DNA of 64,000 bases from Blautia sp. (GTDB taxonomy: Bacteria > Bacillota > Clostridia > Lachnospirales > Lachnospiraceae), in the NCBI GenBank assembly GCA_034118545.1, contig JAXFBD010000069.1, forward strand, positions 9,948 through 73,947, in the 5' to 3' direction. The notes beneath the pieces were generated by a model, which worked only from the letters and a program-made list of their open reading frames with translations, did not search any database and was not told the origin of the DNA. Below, in pieces: positions 1 through 11,759 of the stretch; the first letter of the stretch is position 1; the number at the start of each line of letters is the position of its first letter. A program made the position numbers and the translations under genes.

Positions 1-110
1 TCCGCCATACCTGCCAGACAAAAGCCCATTGCCTCCCAGTCAATCTTTTTTTTCATGGCCTGCAGCACATCCGCCTCATCATCTACCAGTAATATATTGT
101 ATAATTCCAT
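1..110 (-). CDS. Two-component response regulator, N-terminal receiver domain (partial, runs off window)
   Basis: Manual translation MELYNILLVDDEADVLQAMKKKIDWEAMGFCLAGMA has the receiver LLVDDE motif; AGGAAAGG upstream of the ATG at 110. Confidence 0.85.
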   Translation of the reverse strand, partial: MELYNILLVDDEADVLQAMKKKIDWEAMGFCLAGMA

Positions 111-241
111 CCGGTTTCCTTTCCTGCTCCATTTATCGCAAACAGATTTTATACTTTCCTATTACTTTTCATTATATCAAAAAATTCGTAAATTGACATA
201 TTTCTAATATAATTTGAAGGAATTTTTGTAAAATTTAACGC

Positions 242-269
242 TTGACTATATTAAAGAAGGGACTAAAAT
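242..269 (+). promoter_or_regulatory. Putative sigmaA promoter of the atp operon
   Basis: TTGACT-N16-TAAAAT about 50 nt upstream of atpB. Confidence 0.4.
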
Positions 270-320
270 AAATGCGTATCCAGTGAAAGTTTTAACAAAA
301 TAAAATGTCAGGAGGGAAAA

Positions 321-1145
321 ATGAAAGCAAAAAAGAAAAAAGTTGGTCTGCTTCTCTGGCTGGCAGTTATTGCTGTTCTTGCCATTGGAAGTGTTCTGAC
401 CGGCAGTTCCGGCAAAAAAGAAGAATCCGTTAAGGCCGCCATGCGTGATGCAGTGCTGCATGATGCAAACCGCATCAGCCTGTTCGGACTTAAAGATGTT
501 AACCCCGGACTGATTTCTGCCATTACAGTCACCGTCCTATTATTGCTGGCTGCATTGTGTATCCGGATCTTTGTTATTCCGAAGTTTCAATACGTTCCGG
601 GTAAATTCCAGCTTGTACTGGAACAGCTCGTAGGCATGTTTGACAATATGGCCAAAACCAACAGTCCCCACAGAAACAAATTTCTCGGGGCATATATTTT
701 TGCGGCAGGTGCCTACATCTTTGTGGGAACTCTGTTTGAATTATTCGGTCTGCAGGGTATCACCACAGCCGGCAGATCCATTACCCTGTCCGCTCCGCTG
801 GCAGATGTCAACGCGGCTATCTCACTGGGATGCCTCTCTTATCTGGTCATTATGTCCGGCGGTATTGCAGAAAACGGATTCAAAGGGATCCTAAGCACAT
901 TAAAGGAATTTTCCCTGCCGATCTCCATGAGCTTCCGTCTCTTCGGTGCTTTGCTCAGCGGACTTCTGGTCACCGAGCTGGTTTACTACTACATAACACT
1001 CAGCTATGTCCTGCCTGTTATTGTAGGTATTTTATTCACAGCACTTCACGCTCTCATTCAGAGCTATGTGCTTACCATGTTAACAGCATTATTCTACGGC
1101 GAAATGGCCGAACCTGCTGTAAATAAAAAAACACCCCAAAACTAA
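321..1145 (+). CDS. atpB: F0 subunit a
   Basis: Hydrophobic, essential Arg in SFRLFG, LIQSYV motif, first gene of the atp cluster, GGAGG RBS. Confidence 0.93.
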   Translation: MKAKKKKVGLLLWLAVIAVLAIGSVLTGSSGKKEESVKAAMRDAVLHDANRISLFGLKDVNPGLISAITVTVLLLLAALCIRIFVIPKFQYVPGKFQLVLEQLVGMFDNMAKTNSPHRNKFLGAYIFAAGAYIFVGTLFELFGLQGITTAGRSITLSAPLADVNAAISLGCLSYLVIMSGGIAENGFKGILSTLKEFSLPISMSFRLFGALLSGLLVTELVYYYITLSYVLPVIVGILFTALHALIQSYVLTMLTALFYGEMAEPAVNKKTPQN

Positions 1146-1158
1146 GGAGGACAAAAAA

Positions 1159-1539
1159 ATGAAATTATTATCCAAGAAAAAAAATATTATGATGATCCTG
1201 GCTATGACTGTTTTACTTTCCTGCACCATGCCGCTGATAGCTTTTGCAGGCTCTGACGATGCAGTTGAAACCACCACTGAAGCTTCTATAGAGGACACCT
1301 CCTCTGACGGCATGGTTACCAGCAGCAAAGCTATTGCAGTAGCTATCGCCATCGGTCTTGCAGCAGGCGGCGGTGCCATTGCCATGGGTCTCGCAGCCTC
1401 CAAATCTGTAGAAGGTATTTCCCGTCAGCCGGAAGCAGAGGGAAAAATCCGTACCACCTTTATGTTAGGTCTTGTATTTATTGAAACCGCTATCATTTAT
1501 GCATTACTGGCAGTTATCCTGATTATTTTCGTATTGTAA
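1159..1539 (+). CDS. atpE: F0 subunit c with long N-terminal extension
   Basis: GLAAGGGAIAMG, RQPE loop, FIETAIIY ion-binding Glu; AAGGAGG RBS. Confidence 0.95.
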   Translation: MKLLSKKKNIMMILAMTVLLSCTMPLIAFAGSDDAVETTTEASIEDTSSDGMVTSSKAIAVAIAIGLAAGGGAIAMGLAASKSVEGISRQPEAEGKIRTTFMLGLVFIETAIIYALLAVILIIFVL

Positions 1540-1555
1540 GAAAGGCTGGTAGAAT

Positions 1556-2050
1556 ATGAATATTCCACTGAATATAGACTGGCAGCAGATTCTGCTGCAT
1601 TTACTGAACTTCTCTATTCTGGCCGGAGGATTATATATACTGCTGTATAAACCTGTCAAAAATTTCATGGAGCAGCGGGAAAAGCATTATCAGGACATGG
1701 ATACACAGGCTGCAGAAAAGCTGCAGGATGCAGATAATCTGCAGAAAAGCTACGCCGAAAAGCTGAAAACAGCTGATGCACAGATCCTTCAGAAACAGGA
1801 GGCTGCCCAGAAGGAAATTGCCGCTTCCACAAGCCGCCAGCTTGCCGAGGCCAAAAAACAGGCTGACAAAATCCTGGCTGACGCCAAAACGGCTTCTGAA
1901 CGGGAAAAAGAAAAAATCATGGCTTCCGCCCAGCAGGAGCTTATGGATATGGCCATGACAGCAACCGAAAAATTACTTCTTTCCCAGAATGATGTTTACG
2001 ACCAGTTCCTTGATATAGCAGAAAAGGAGGATGGCCATGACAAACAATGA
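1556..2050 (+). CDS. atpF: F0 subunit b
   Basis: N-terminal TM (QILLHLLNFSIL...LLYKPV) followed by a coiled coil. Confidence 0.93.
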   Translation: MNIPLNIDWQQILLHLLNFSILAGGLYILLYKPVKNFMEQREKHYQDMDTQAAEKLQDADNLQKSYAEKLKTADAQILQKQEAAQKEIAASTSRQLAEAKKQADKILADAKTASEREKEKIMASAQQELMDMAMTATEKLLLSQNDVYDQFLDIAEKEDGHDKQ

Positions 2051-3806
2051 ATTAACAGAAAAAAAAGCAATTCTGAGAAGCAGCGCAGAGCCTTCTGAAG
2101 AGCAGAAAAAACGTTTCCTCACCTTCCTTTCCAAAGCTTACCATCAGGAAATGGAGCTGGTCTGGGAAAAGGATGAGGCTCTTTCAAACGGCTTCCGTCT
2201 GCAGGTAGGTGATGCAGTATATGACTGGAGCCTGGAAAGCCGTATTCGTCAGTTCAGAGAACGTCTGAGCCAGCTGGATCCCGGGCAGGAACGGATCATT
2301 CCGCTCATGAAGGATGCTGCCGCCAGCTGGACTCCTGAAATTTATTCCGAAGAAGTGGGAAAGGTTATTTCCGTAGGTGATGAAATTGCCACCGTAAAGG
2401 GACTGGACCACGCCACATACGGAGAGATCCTGTTATTTGACAACGGCGTAAAAGGTATGGTCATGGATCTTCAGCGTGATCATATCGGCTGTGTACTCTT
2501 CGGAGACGGAGACGAGGTCGCTCAGGGAAGCATTGTCCGCCGCACCGGAAAAACCGCAGGTGTTCCCGCCGGAGACGAATTCCTTGGACGTGTAGTCGAT
2601 GCTCTTGGACAGCCTATTGACGGAAAGGGCGAGATCACCTCCGATGCATATCGTCCCATTGAAAATCCGGCACCGGGAATCCTGGACAGACAGCCGGTTG
2701 ATAAACCTATGGAAACAGGTCTTCTGGCCATTGATGCCATGTTTCCCATTGGCCGCGGACAGCGTGAACTGATCATCGGTGACAGGCAGACAGGCAAAAC
2801 CGCCATAGCCCTTGATACCATTCTCAATCAGAAGGGCAAGGATGTTATCTGTATCTACGTTGCCATCGGGCAGAAAGCAAGCTCTGTAGCCCAGCTTGTG
2901 CAAAATCTGAAGAAGCGTGATGCCATGGACTACTGTATCGTTGTAAGCGCCACTGCCAGCGACGCGGCATCTCTTCAATATATCGCACCTTATGCAGGAT
3001 GCGCCATTGCAGAATACTTTATGGAAAAGGGCAGAGATGTCCTGATCGTGTATGATGACCTGTCAAAGCATGCCATTGCATACCGTGCACTGAGCCTTCT
3101 GCTGGAACGTTCCCCGGGCCGTGAAGCTTATCCCGGAGACGTGTTTTATCTGCATTCCAGACTTCTGGAACGTTCCGCTCATCTTTCCGATGAAAAAGGC
3201 GGCGGTTCCATGACCGCTCTTCCCATTGTGGAAACACAGGCCGGAGACGTATCCGCCTACATTCCCACAAATATTATTTCCATCACAGACGGACAGATTT
3301 TCCTGGAAAGCGATCTGTTTTTCTCCGGTCAGCGTCCGGCCGTCAACGTAGGCCTTTCCGTATCCCGTGTAGGCCGTGCTGCCCAGACCTCAGCCATGAG
3401 AAAAGCGGCCGGTGCCATTCGTCTGGATCTGGCACAATACCGTGAGATGGAAGTATTTACTCAGTTTGCCAGCGATCTGGATGAGACAACCAAACGTCAG
3501 CTTCAGTACGGACAGGGTCTGATGCAGCTTCTGCGCCAGCCTCAGTACCATCCTCTGAAGCAGCATGAGCAGGTTATCACCCTTGTAGCTGCCCTGAACC
3601 ACATCATGCAGGAAATTCCCGAAAAAGAAATCCACGGATTTCAGGAGGGTCTTCTTGCTTATGCCCGATCTCATGCACAGAGCCTGATCAGCGAAATTGA
3701 TTCCACCGGACAGCTAAGCAGCGATATGAGGGCATCCATTCTCCGGCTGTCCGAAGAATACCTGGCAGAATACAGGCAGAAAACTGCAGCAGAAAGCGGT
3801 GAATAA
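2031..3806 (+). CDS. atpA: F1 subunit alpha with N-terminal delta(OSCP) C-domain-like extension
   Basis: GDRQTGKT Walker A, PGREAYPGDVFYLHSRLLER; about 100 extra N-terminal residues with GFRLQVGDAVYDWSL. Confidence 0.97.
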   Translation: MAMTNNELTEKKAILRSSAEPSEEQKKRFLTFLSKAYHQEMELVWEKDEALSNGFRLQVGDAVYDWSLESRIRQFRERLSQLDPGQERIIPLMKDAAASWTPEIYSEEVGKVISVGDEIATVKGLDHATYGEILLFDNGVKGMVMDLQRDHIGCVLFGDGDEVAQGSIVRRTGKTAGVPAGDEFLGRVVDALGQPIDGKGEITSDAYRPIENPAPGILDRQPVDKPMETGLLAIDAMFPIGRGQRELIIGDRQTGKTAIALDTILNQKGKDVICIYVAIGQKASSVAQLVQNLKKRDAMDYCIVVSATASDAASLQYIAPYAGCAIAEYFMEKGRDVLIVYDDLSKHAIAYRALSLLLERSPGREAYPGDVFYLHSRLLERSAHLSDEKGGGSMTALPIVETQAGDVSAYIPTNIISITDGQIFLESDLFFSGQRPAVNVGLSVSRVGRAAQTSAMRKAAGAIRLDLAQYREMEVFTQFASDLDETTKRQLQYGQGLMQLLRQPQYHPLKQHEQVITLVAALNHIMQEIPEKEIHGFQEGLLAYARSHAQSLISEIDSTGQLSSDMRASILRLSEEYLAEYRQKTAAESGE

Positions 3807-3808
3807 TC

Positions 3809-6110
<2,302 letters not shown>

Positions 6111-6111
<1 letters not shown>

Positions 6112-6530
6112 TGCAGAACTTTCGATTACAGATTCTGGCCATGGACCGCGATTTTTTTGACGGACAGTGCGAATCTCTTATCGTTCCTCTTCCCACCGGA
6201 CAGATGGGGATCCAGGCATATCATAACAATATGATCGCTGCCATCGTACCGGGAGAGCTGAAATACCGCGTTCCCGGAGAAGAATTCAAAACCGTTGCCG
6301 TTTCCTCCGGTATTATGAAAATAGAGGATAACGATGTAATGGTCATGGTGGGTACCGCAGAGCGTCCCGAGGAAATCGATGCAAACCGGGCTCAGCGCGC
6401 CAGGGACGAAGCCATGGAAGCCATGCTTCAGAAAAAAAGTATTCAGGAATACCAGACTGCACAGGCAAACCTGGCCAGAGCATTAAACCGACTGAAGGTT
6501 AAGCGAAACTCAACCAGCATCAATATATAA
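6111..6530 (+). CDS. atpC: F1 subunit epsilon
   Basis: GQMGIQAYH beta-sandwich and C-terminal ARALNRL helix; last gene of the operon. Confidence 0.95.
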
Positions 6531-6535
6531 AAAAT

Positions 6536-6580
6536 GGATGCTGCAAAATTCAAGCTGCGAATTTTGCAACATCCTTTTTT
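6536..6580. terminator. Hairpin between convergent atpC and mglC, probably bidirectional
   Basis: GGATGCTGCAAAATTC-loop-GAATTTTGCAACATCC followed by T6, A-run on the left. Confidence 0.8.
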
Positions 6581-6598
6581 ATACCATAAGGTATGATT

Positions 6599-7588
6599 TT
6601 ATTTCTTTGCAATATATTTACGGATATCCAGTGCAATAGCAACTACGATAACCACGCCCTGTGCGATGTACTGATAGTTTGTGTTAACGCCCAGGAACTG
6701 AAGTGCGGATTTCAGAAGCTCGAATACGGCAACACCGATGATAACACCGGAAACTTTACCGATACCACCGTTAACGGAAACACCACCGATGGTACATGCT
6801 GCAATCGCTTCCAGCTCGTAGCCCTGTCCCATGTTAACACTGGTACCACCGGATTTTCCACCAAGAAGGAAACCGGCAATTGCATACATACAAGCTGCTG
6901 TTACATAAATGATAATTTTGGTTTTCTTTACATTTACACCGGAAACCTCTGCTGCCACTTCGTTTCCACCGATGGCATACATGTATTTTCCATGACGGGT
7001 GTAATTATATACAAACCAGAAAATAGCTGCTGCAATTACAAGATAAATGAACAATACCGGAATTCCGGCAATCTTGCCCTGTGTTACAGTGATATAATCT
7101 GCACGGTAACCACCGATCGGAACAGAGTTTGTAATAACCAGTGCAATACCATAAATAATGAGCTGCATACCAAGGGTACCGATGAATGCCGGTACGTTAA
7201 GGTAAGAAATTACGATACCGTTGATCAGACCGAAAATTGCACAGATTACCATTACAATAATCAGTACAATAAATACATTAAGAACCGGGAAGTCCGGCCA
7301 TACTTTACCGGGTGCATCCGGTTTCTGAAGCATGATACCTGCCAGACATGCACTTAAACCAACCGCACGACCTGCGGAAAGGTCCGTACCCTTTGTGATC
7401 AGACAGCCGCTGACACCAAGTGCGATGATAACACGGGGTGCGGCATTGATTGCCAGGTTCATGATGTTTCTCATACTTCTGAATGTAGGAACTGTGATGC
7501 TTACGTATGCTACCAGAATCAGAAGCAGAACAATAATTCCGTTATTAAGCAGAAGCTCTTTAATATCTATTTTCTTTGATTTATCCAT
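6599..7588 (-). CDS. mglC: Galactose/methylgalactoside-type ABC permease
   Basis: TKGTDLSAGR, GKYMYAIGGNEVAAEVSGV, YELEAIAACTIGGVS. Confidence 0.9.
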   Translation of the reverse strand: MDKSKKIDIKELLLNNGIIVLLLILVAYVSITVPTFRSMRNIMNLAINAAPRVIIALGVSGCLITKGTDLSAGRAVGLSACLAGIMLQKPDAPGKVWPDFPVLNVFIVLIIVMVICAIFGLINGIVISYLNVPAFIGTLGMQLIIYGIALVITNSVPIGGYRADYITVTQGKIAGIPVLFIYLVIAAAIFWFVYNYTRHGKYMYAIGGNEVAAEVSGVNVKKTKIIIYVTAACMYAIAGFLLGGKSGGTSVNMGQGYELEAIAACTIGGVSVNGGIGKVSGVIIGVAVFELLKSALQFLGVNTNYQYIAQGVVIVVAIALDIRKYIAKK

Positions 7589-7605
7589 CTTTTCTCCTCC
7601 TTTTC

Positions 7606-9111
7606 TTAGAACTGAGCGGCATAATGCATGATTTTTTCCTGCGTTGAATCTTCACCGGAAACCTCACCGGTGATTCTGCCGTTACACATAACCATAATAC
7701 GGTTTGAAACACCTATAAGCTCCGCCATTTCTGAAGAAATCATGATAATACCTTTCCCCTGTTTTGCGAGTTTGATCATAATCTGATAGATCTCATATTT
7801 GGCACCTACGTCGATTCCTCGTGTAGGCTCATCCATGATGAGAACATCCGGGTTATTTGCCAGCCAGCGGGAAATGATTACTTTCTGCTGGTTACCACCG
7901 GACAGGGACTGAATCAGTGTTTTGCTGTCCGGAGTTTTAATGCTCAGTTTTGCCACATTATCCTGAACAAGATCTTCGATTTTTCTCTTGTTCAGCTTAA
8001 TCCCTGCTTCCAGATAATGATTCAGGGAGGCAATGGATACGTTATCTGCAATGGACAGACAGCCAAGGATTCCGGAACCGCGGCGGTCCTCGGTAATCAT
8101 TCCGATGCCGTTATTGATGGCATCCTGCGGCCGCTTAATGTCCAGTTTCTTTCCGTTTAATTTAATTTCTCCGCTGGTGATATGACGGATTCCGAAAATT
8201 GCTTCCATCAGTTCCGTACGCTGTGCACCTACAAGACCTCCAAATCCAAGAATCTCTCCCTTTCTCAGCTTAAAGGAACAGTCCTTAAAGGAATTGTCAT
8301 GAATACTTGTAAAATTGTTTACTTCCAGAAGTACATCACCCGGCTGGTTATCCAGCGGCGGATAAATATTGGTCAGCTCACGTCCAACCATCTGTTTTAC
8401 GATTTCATCATCACTGATGTTTTTCATTTCCCATGTTCCTACATAGGTACCGTCTCGCATGATAGTAATATCATCAGATATCCGGCGCAGCTCCGCCATC
8501 TTATGGGAAATAAATACAAAAGATACTCCTCTGTCACGCAGGTCGCGGACAATTCGGAATAATGCCTCAACCTCATTATCCGTCAGGGAAGAGGTCGGCT
8601 CATCAAGAATAATCAGTTTTGCTTCCTGAGAAACTGCTTTTGCGATTTCTACGGACTGCATCTGTGAAATGGATAAATCTCCAAGCTTTTTCTTCGGGTC
8701 AAAGGGCATTTTTACATTATCCAGCCACTTTTTCGCCTCTTCATTCATTGTTTTGTGATCAATAACCTTAATCGGCCCCACTGATTTCGTCGGGTAACGT
8801 CCAAGGTACATATTCTCTGCGATGGTACGTGCCGGTACCGGCTGCAGCTCCTGATGCACCATGGCAAGGCCTTTATGTAATGCTTCATCCGGATTGGCGA
8901 TGGTAACTTTCTCACCATCAACATATACTTCGCCTTCGTCCATATGGTAAATACCGAACAGGCACTTCATTAAAGTAGATTTACCTGCACCGTTTTCTCC
9001 CATAAGAGCATGGACAGTACCCGGACGCACTTTCAGGACTGCCTGATCCAGTGCTTTGACGCCGGGAAAGCTTTTGCTTACGCCGCGCATCTCCAATCTA
9101 TATTCTGCCAT
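7606..9111 (-). CDS. mglA: Sugar ABC transporter ATPase with two NBDs
   Basis: GENGAGKST, LSGGNQQK, DEPTRGIDVGAK; start moved to the ATG at 9111 behind AAAGGAGAG. Confidence 0.92.
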   Translation of the reverse strand: MAEYRLEMRGVSKSFPGVKALDQAVLKVRPGTVHALMGENGAGKSTLMKCLFGIYHMDEGEVYVDGEKVTIANPDEALHKGLAMVHQELQPVPARTIAENMYLGRYPTKSVGPIKVIDHKTMNEEAKKWLDNVKMPFDPKKKLGDLSISQMQSVEIAKAVSQEAKLIILDEPTSSLTDNEVEALFRIVRDLRDRGVSFVFISHKMAELRRISDDITIMRDGTYVGTWEMKNISDDEIVKQMVGRELTNIYPPLDNQPGDVLLEVNNFTSIHDNSFKDCSFKLRKGEILGFGGLVGAQRTELMEAIFGIRHITSGEIKLNGKKLDIKRPQDAINNGIGMITEDRRGSGILGCLSIADNVSIASLNHYLEAGIKLNKRKIEDLVQDNVAKLSIKTPDSKTLIQSLSGGNQQKVIISRWLANNPDVLIMDEPTRGIDVGAKYEIYQIMIKLAKQGKGIIMISSEMAELIGVSNRIMVMCNGRITGEVSGEDSTQEKIMHYAAQF

Positions 9112-9179
9112 TCCACTCTCTCCTTTCACCAAATTTCCTGCTGCTGTTCACAGCGGCAATTTCTGACCTTTTCATAAAA

Positions 9180-9207
9180 TTGGGTGTGCCCTCATCGACA
9201 CACCCAA
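9180..9207 (-). terminator. Intercistronic hairpin after the binding-protein gene
   Basis: TTGGGTGTG-N10-CACACCCAA; a usual position for an mRNA-stabilising or attenuating stem. Confidence 0.55.
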
Positions 9208-9250
9208 CATTTTATTACGCTTTCTTCAAAAACCGTAATTCTAAATCTTA

Positions 9251-10303
9251 TTACTGGATTTTTGCAAGAATTTCTTCTGCGTTGTCAGCGGTAACTTTTA
9301 CATAGTCAACCATGTTGATTGGGTCAACTTCTTCACCCTTCAGATATTTAACTGCCATCTGAGCTGCTGTCTGAGCCTGGCCGAAATGATCGTTAAATAC
9401 AGTACCTGTAAATTTGCCGTCAACGATGCTCTGAACAGCGTCTGTAAGAGCGTCAACACCTACTAAGTAGATATCTTCGTTAATAACTCTGCCTGCTGCT
9501 TCGATAGCCTGTTTTGCACCAAGTGCCATTGCGTCGTTGTTGCAGAATACAACTTCTACCTGATCACCAAACTGTGTCAGAGCGTCCTGTGTGATCTGCT
9601 GGCCTTTAGCCTGATCCCAGTCACCTCTCTGAAGAAGAAGTTCTTCAACTTCTGTTCCGGCGTCTGTAAGAGCTTTGATGGAGTACTCTGTTCTGTACTG
9701 AGCATCTACGTTCTCCGGGTCACCCTGAACCATGATATAGGATACTTTGCCGTCGCCGTTGATATCGCCGCCGTTTGCTGTTTCAAGGATTTCTTCGCCC
9801 TGGAATGTACCGGACTGTCTTGCGTCAGCACCTACGTATGTAGCTTTGATTCCTTCAGCTGCCCATCTGTCAGATTCTGTTTCATCCGGCTGACGGTTAA
9901 TGTAAACAACAGGAATTCCTGCATCGTTGCAAAGGTCTGTGATCTGCGGAGCGGAGGAAGACTGAACAAGGTTCAGAATCATAACGTCAACCTGATCTGT
10001 GATGAAGTTGTTGATCTGGTTTGTCTGCTCAGCCTGGTCATTTTTACCATCCTGAACTACGATGTTTTCCTCTTTGAATCCAAGGTCTTCTGTCAAGTAA
10101 CGAACCAGCTCTGTACGATACAGTGTCATGAAGTTATCAGCGAACTGATAAATGCTGATACCGATTTTGGTATTCTCTACATCTACACCTTCCATGTCAA
10201 CTGCAGCAGCTTCTGCTTCTTCTGCAAATACAGATGTAGCTCCAGCCAGTGTGGTAACACCCATTGCTACGCAAAGTAAGCCAGCCAAAAATTTTCTTTT
10301 CAT
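9251..10303 (-). CDS. mglB: Galactose/glucose-binding protein
   Basis: KIGISIYQFADNFM, VGADARQSGTFQG, NNDAMALGA; signal peptide without lipobox Cys. Confidence 0.85.
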   Translation of the reverse strand: MKRKFLAGLLCVAMGVTTLAGATSVFAEEAEAAAVDMEGVDVENTKIGISIYQFADNFMTLYRTELVRYLTEDLGFKEENIVVQDGKNDQAEQTNQINNFITDQVDVMILNLVQSSSAPQITDLCNDAGIPVVYINRQPDETESDRWAAEGIKATYVGADARQSGTFQGEEILETANGGDINGDGKVSYIMVQGDPENVDAQYRTEYSIKALTDAGTEVEELLLQRGDWDQAKGQQITQDALTQFGDQVEVVFCNNDAMALGAKQAIEAAGRVINEDIYLVGVDALTDAVQSIVDGKFTGTVFNDHFGQAQTAAQMAVKYLKGEEVDPINMVDYVKVTADNAEEILAKIQ

Positions 10304-10476
10304 GATTATACATCCTCCTTTTATTTTGCGGTCATATCATGTCTGCCGCTTTCTTGATTTACATTTTATCAAGTTCAGATTATAAAGAAAATATAAAATT
10401 TTTGGCTCTTCCTATAAATTTCTTAACACTATGAATATTTTTTCAGGGAAAAACAATCTGATTTTGTGCATTTTCA

Positions 10477-10490
10477 TGGTAACGTTATAA
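10477..10490. promoter_or_regulatory. Possible LacI-family/cre-like operator upstream of mglB
   Basis: TGGTAACGTTATAA with AACGTT palindromic core, about 175 nt upstream of mglB. Confidence 0.25.
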
Positions 10491-10493
10491 AGT

Positions 10494-11521
10494 TCAGCTT
10501 TTATTTATTATCTGAATACAATAACGGTAAATCGACTGGTAAGTGGCCTCCGTATAGTGGACACCGTCATCATTTCCGCTTTCCTGTTCCACACCGCTGT
10601 CAAAAGAATACCCTGTACGTGTTAAATAATCCGTACAGTTAATCCATTTATACTGTCTGGACAGCTTTTTTTCAGAAGAGTATTAAAACGGCAGATTTCC
10701 CCCGCCTTTCTCACTCCTTCCGTGACAGACATCTTACAGTTTGTCGGATTTACTGACATATAAAATAATCTGCAGTTTTTTGCGGTCAGAGTGCTTCCCA
10801 GCATATTCATGTAGGCAGCATAAGTGTCTGAAATCCGGTCCGGATTCACAACTTTCCTGTATTTATGCGATAGATCATTTACCCCCAGATTAATTACAAC
10901 AGCAATTTTCCTTTTGCTCTTATCCTCCCGGTTGCACTGATCCACCATATTAATAAGTTCTCTGAAAGCTGAATTCTGCAGCCAGTGAAGCTTTGCGCCA
11001 CCGTGCCCGATAAATCTGACTTCTGTCATTCCCTCTGTACTTTCATCCTGATCAAAGCGGAGTCCCATGCGATGAGTCCGGGAATCTCCCACAAAAATCA
11101 CCATTTTATATTTAGACATGTTCAGTCGGGGAAGGTTTCCCCATTCTGTTGTCTTCGCATTACCGCAGTTATAATAAACCGGATATAGCTTCACATTTCT
11201 CAGAACATAAATATTCTCTCCTGCTGTATAGTCCGGTACTGTCTTTTTCGGTGACAAAGCCCATCCCAGGAAAGTTTTTCCCTTTGGATTTTTTCTGGCC
11301 GGCAGCGTAAAAGAAGCCCCTTTTTTCCTGAGGACCTGCTGTGTCATCACACCATTACGGTCATATAAGGATATGGTATATTTCCTGGCTGTACGCCCCC
11401 CGCCGGAAAAGCTGCTGCCGGATGCCGCCTGTACTGTCCCTGTCATCATCACAATGATAAGCAATGCGCATACCATGCAATGTAGTTTTTTCATAATAAA
11501 TTTCCTTTTTTTCTGTTTCAT
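10494..11521 (-). pseudogene. Secreted SGNH/GDSL hydrolase with InlB B-repeat-like N-domain, frameshifted at an A7 run
   Basis: Blocks FVGDSRT and NLGVND lie in ORF 10622..11521; the catalytic DGVHY block lies in the -1 frame after the T7 at 10666-10672 and ends at TGA 10494-10496. Confidence 0.85.
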
Positions 11522-11656
11522 AAATACCTTCCCATATAAATTTCACATAGAACAATCAAATATTTTGCTCCATCATATCATAAATTTATTTTTTCGTATA
11601 TATCTAACAGTAACAATCTATTTTTTTTGTGCCCGGGCACCCTTCCAATATAAACC

Positions 11657-11685
11657 TTGCCCTGCTGTTGATTTCAAGATATAAT
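11657..11685 (+). promoter_or_regulatory. Putative sigmaA promoter for DUF4317-GGDEF
   Basis: TTGCCC-N17-TATAAT. Confidence 0.55.
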
Positions 11686-11759
11686 ATTCCTGAGGGAAAC
11701 AGAATCATGACAAACCTGTTAAAAATCTTCTGTACTCTCATTATACACGAGGTGAAGAC

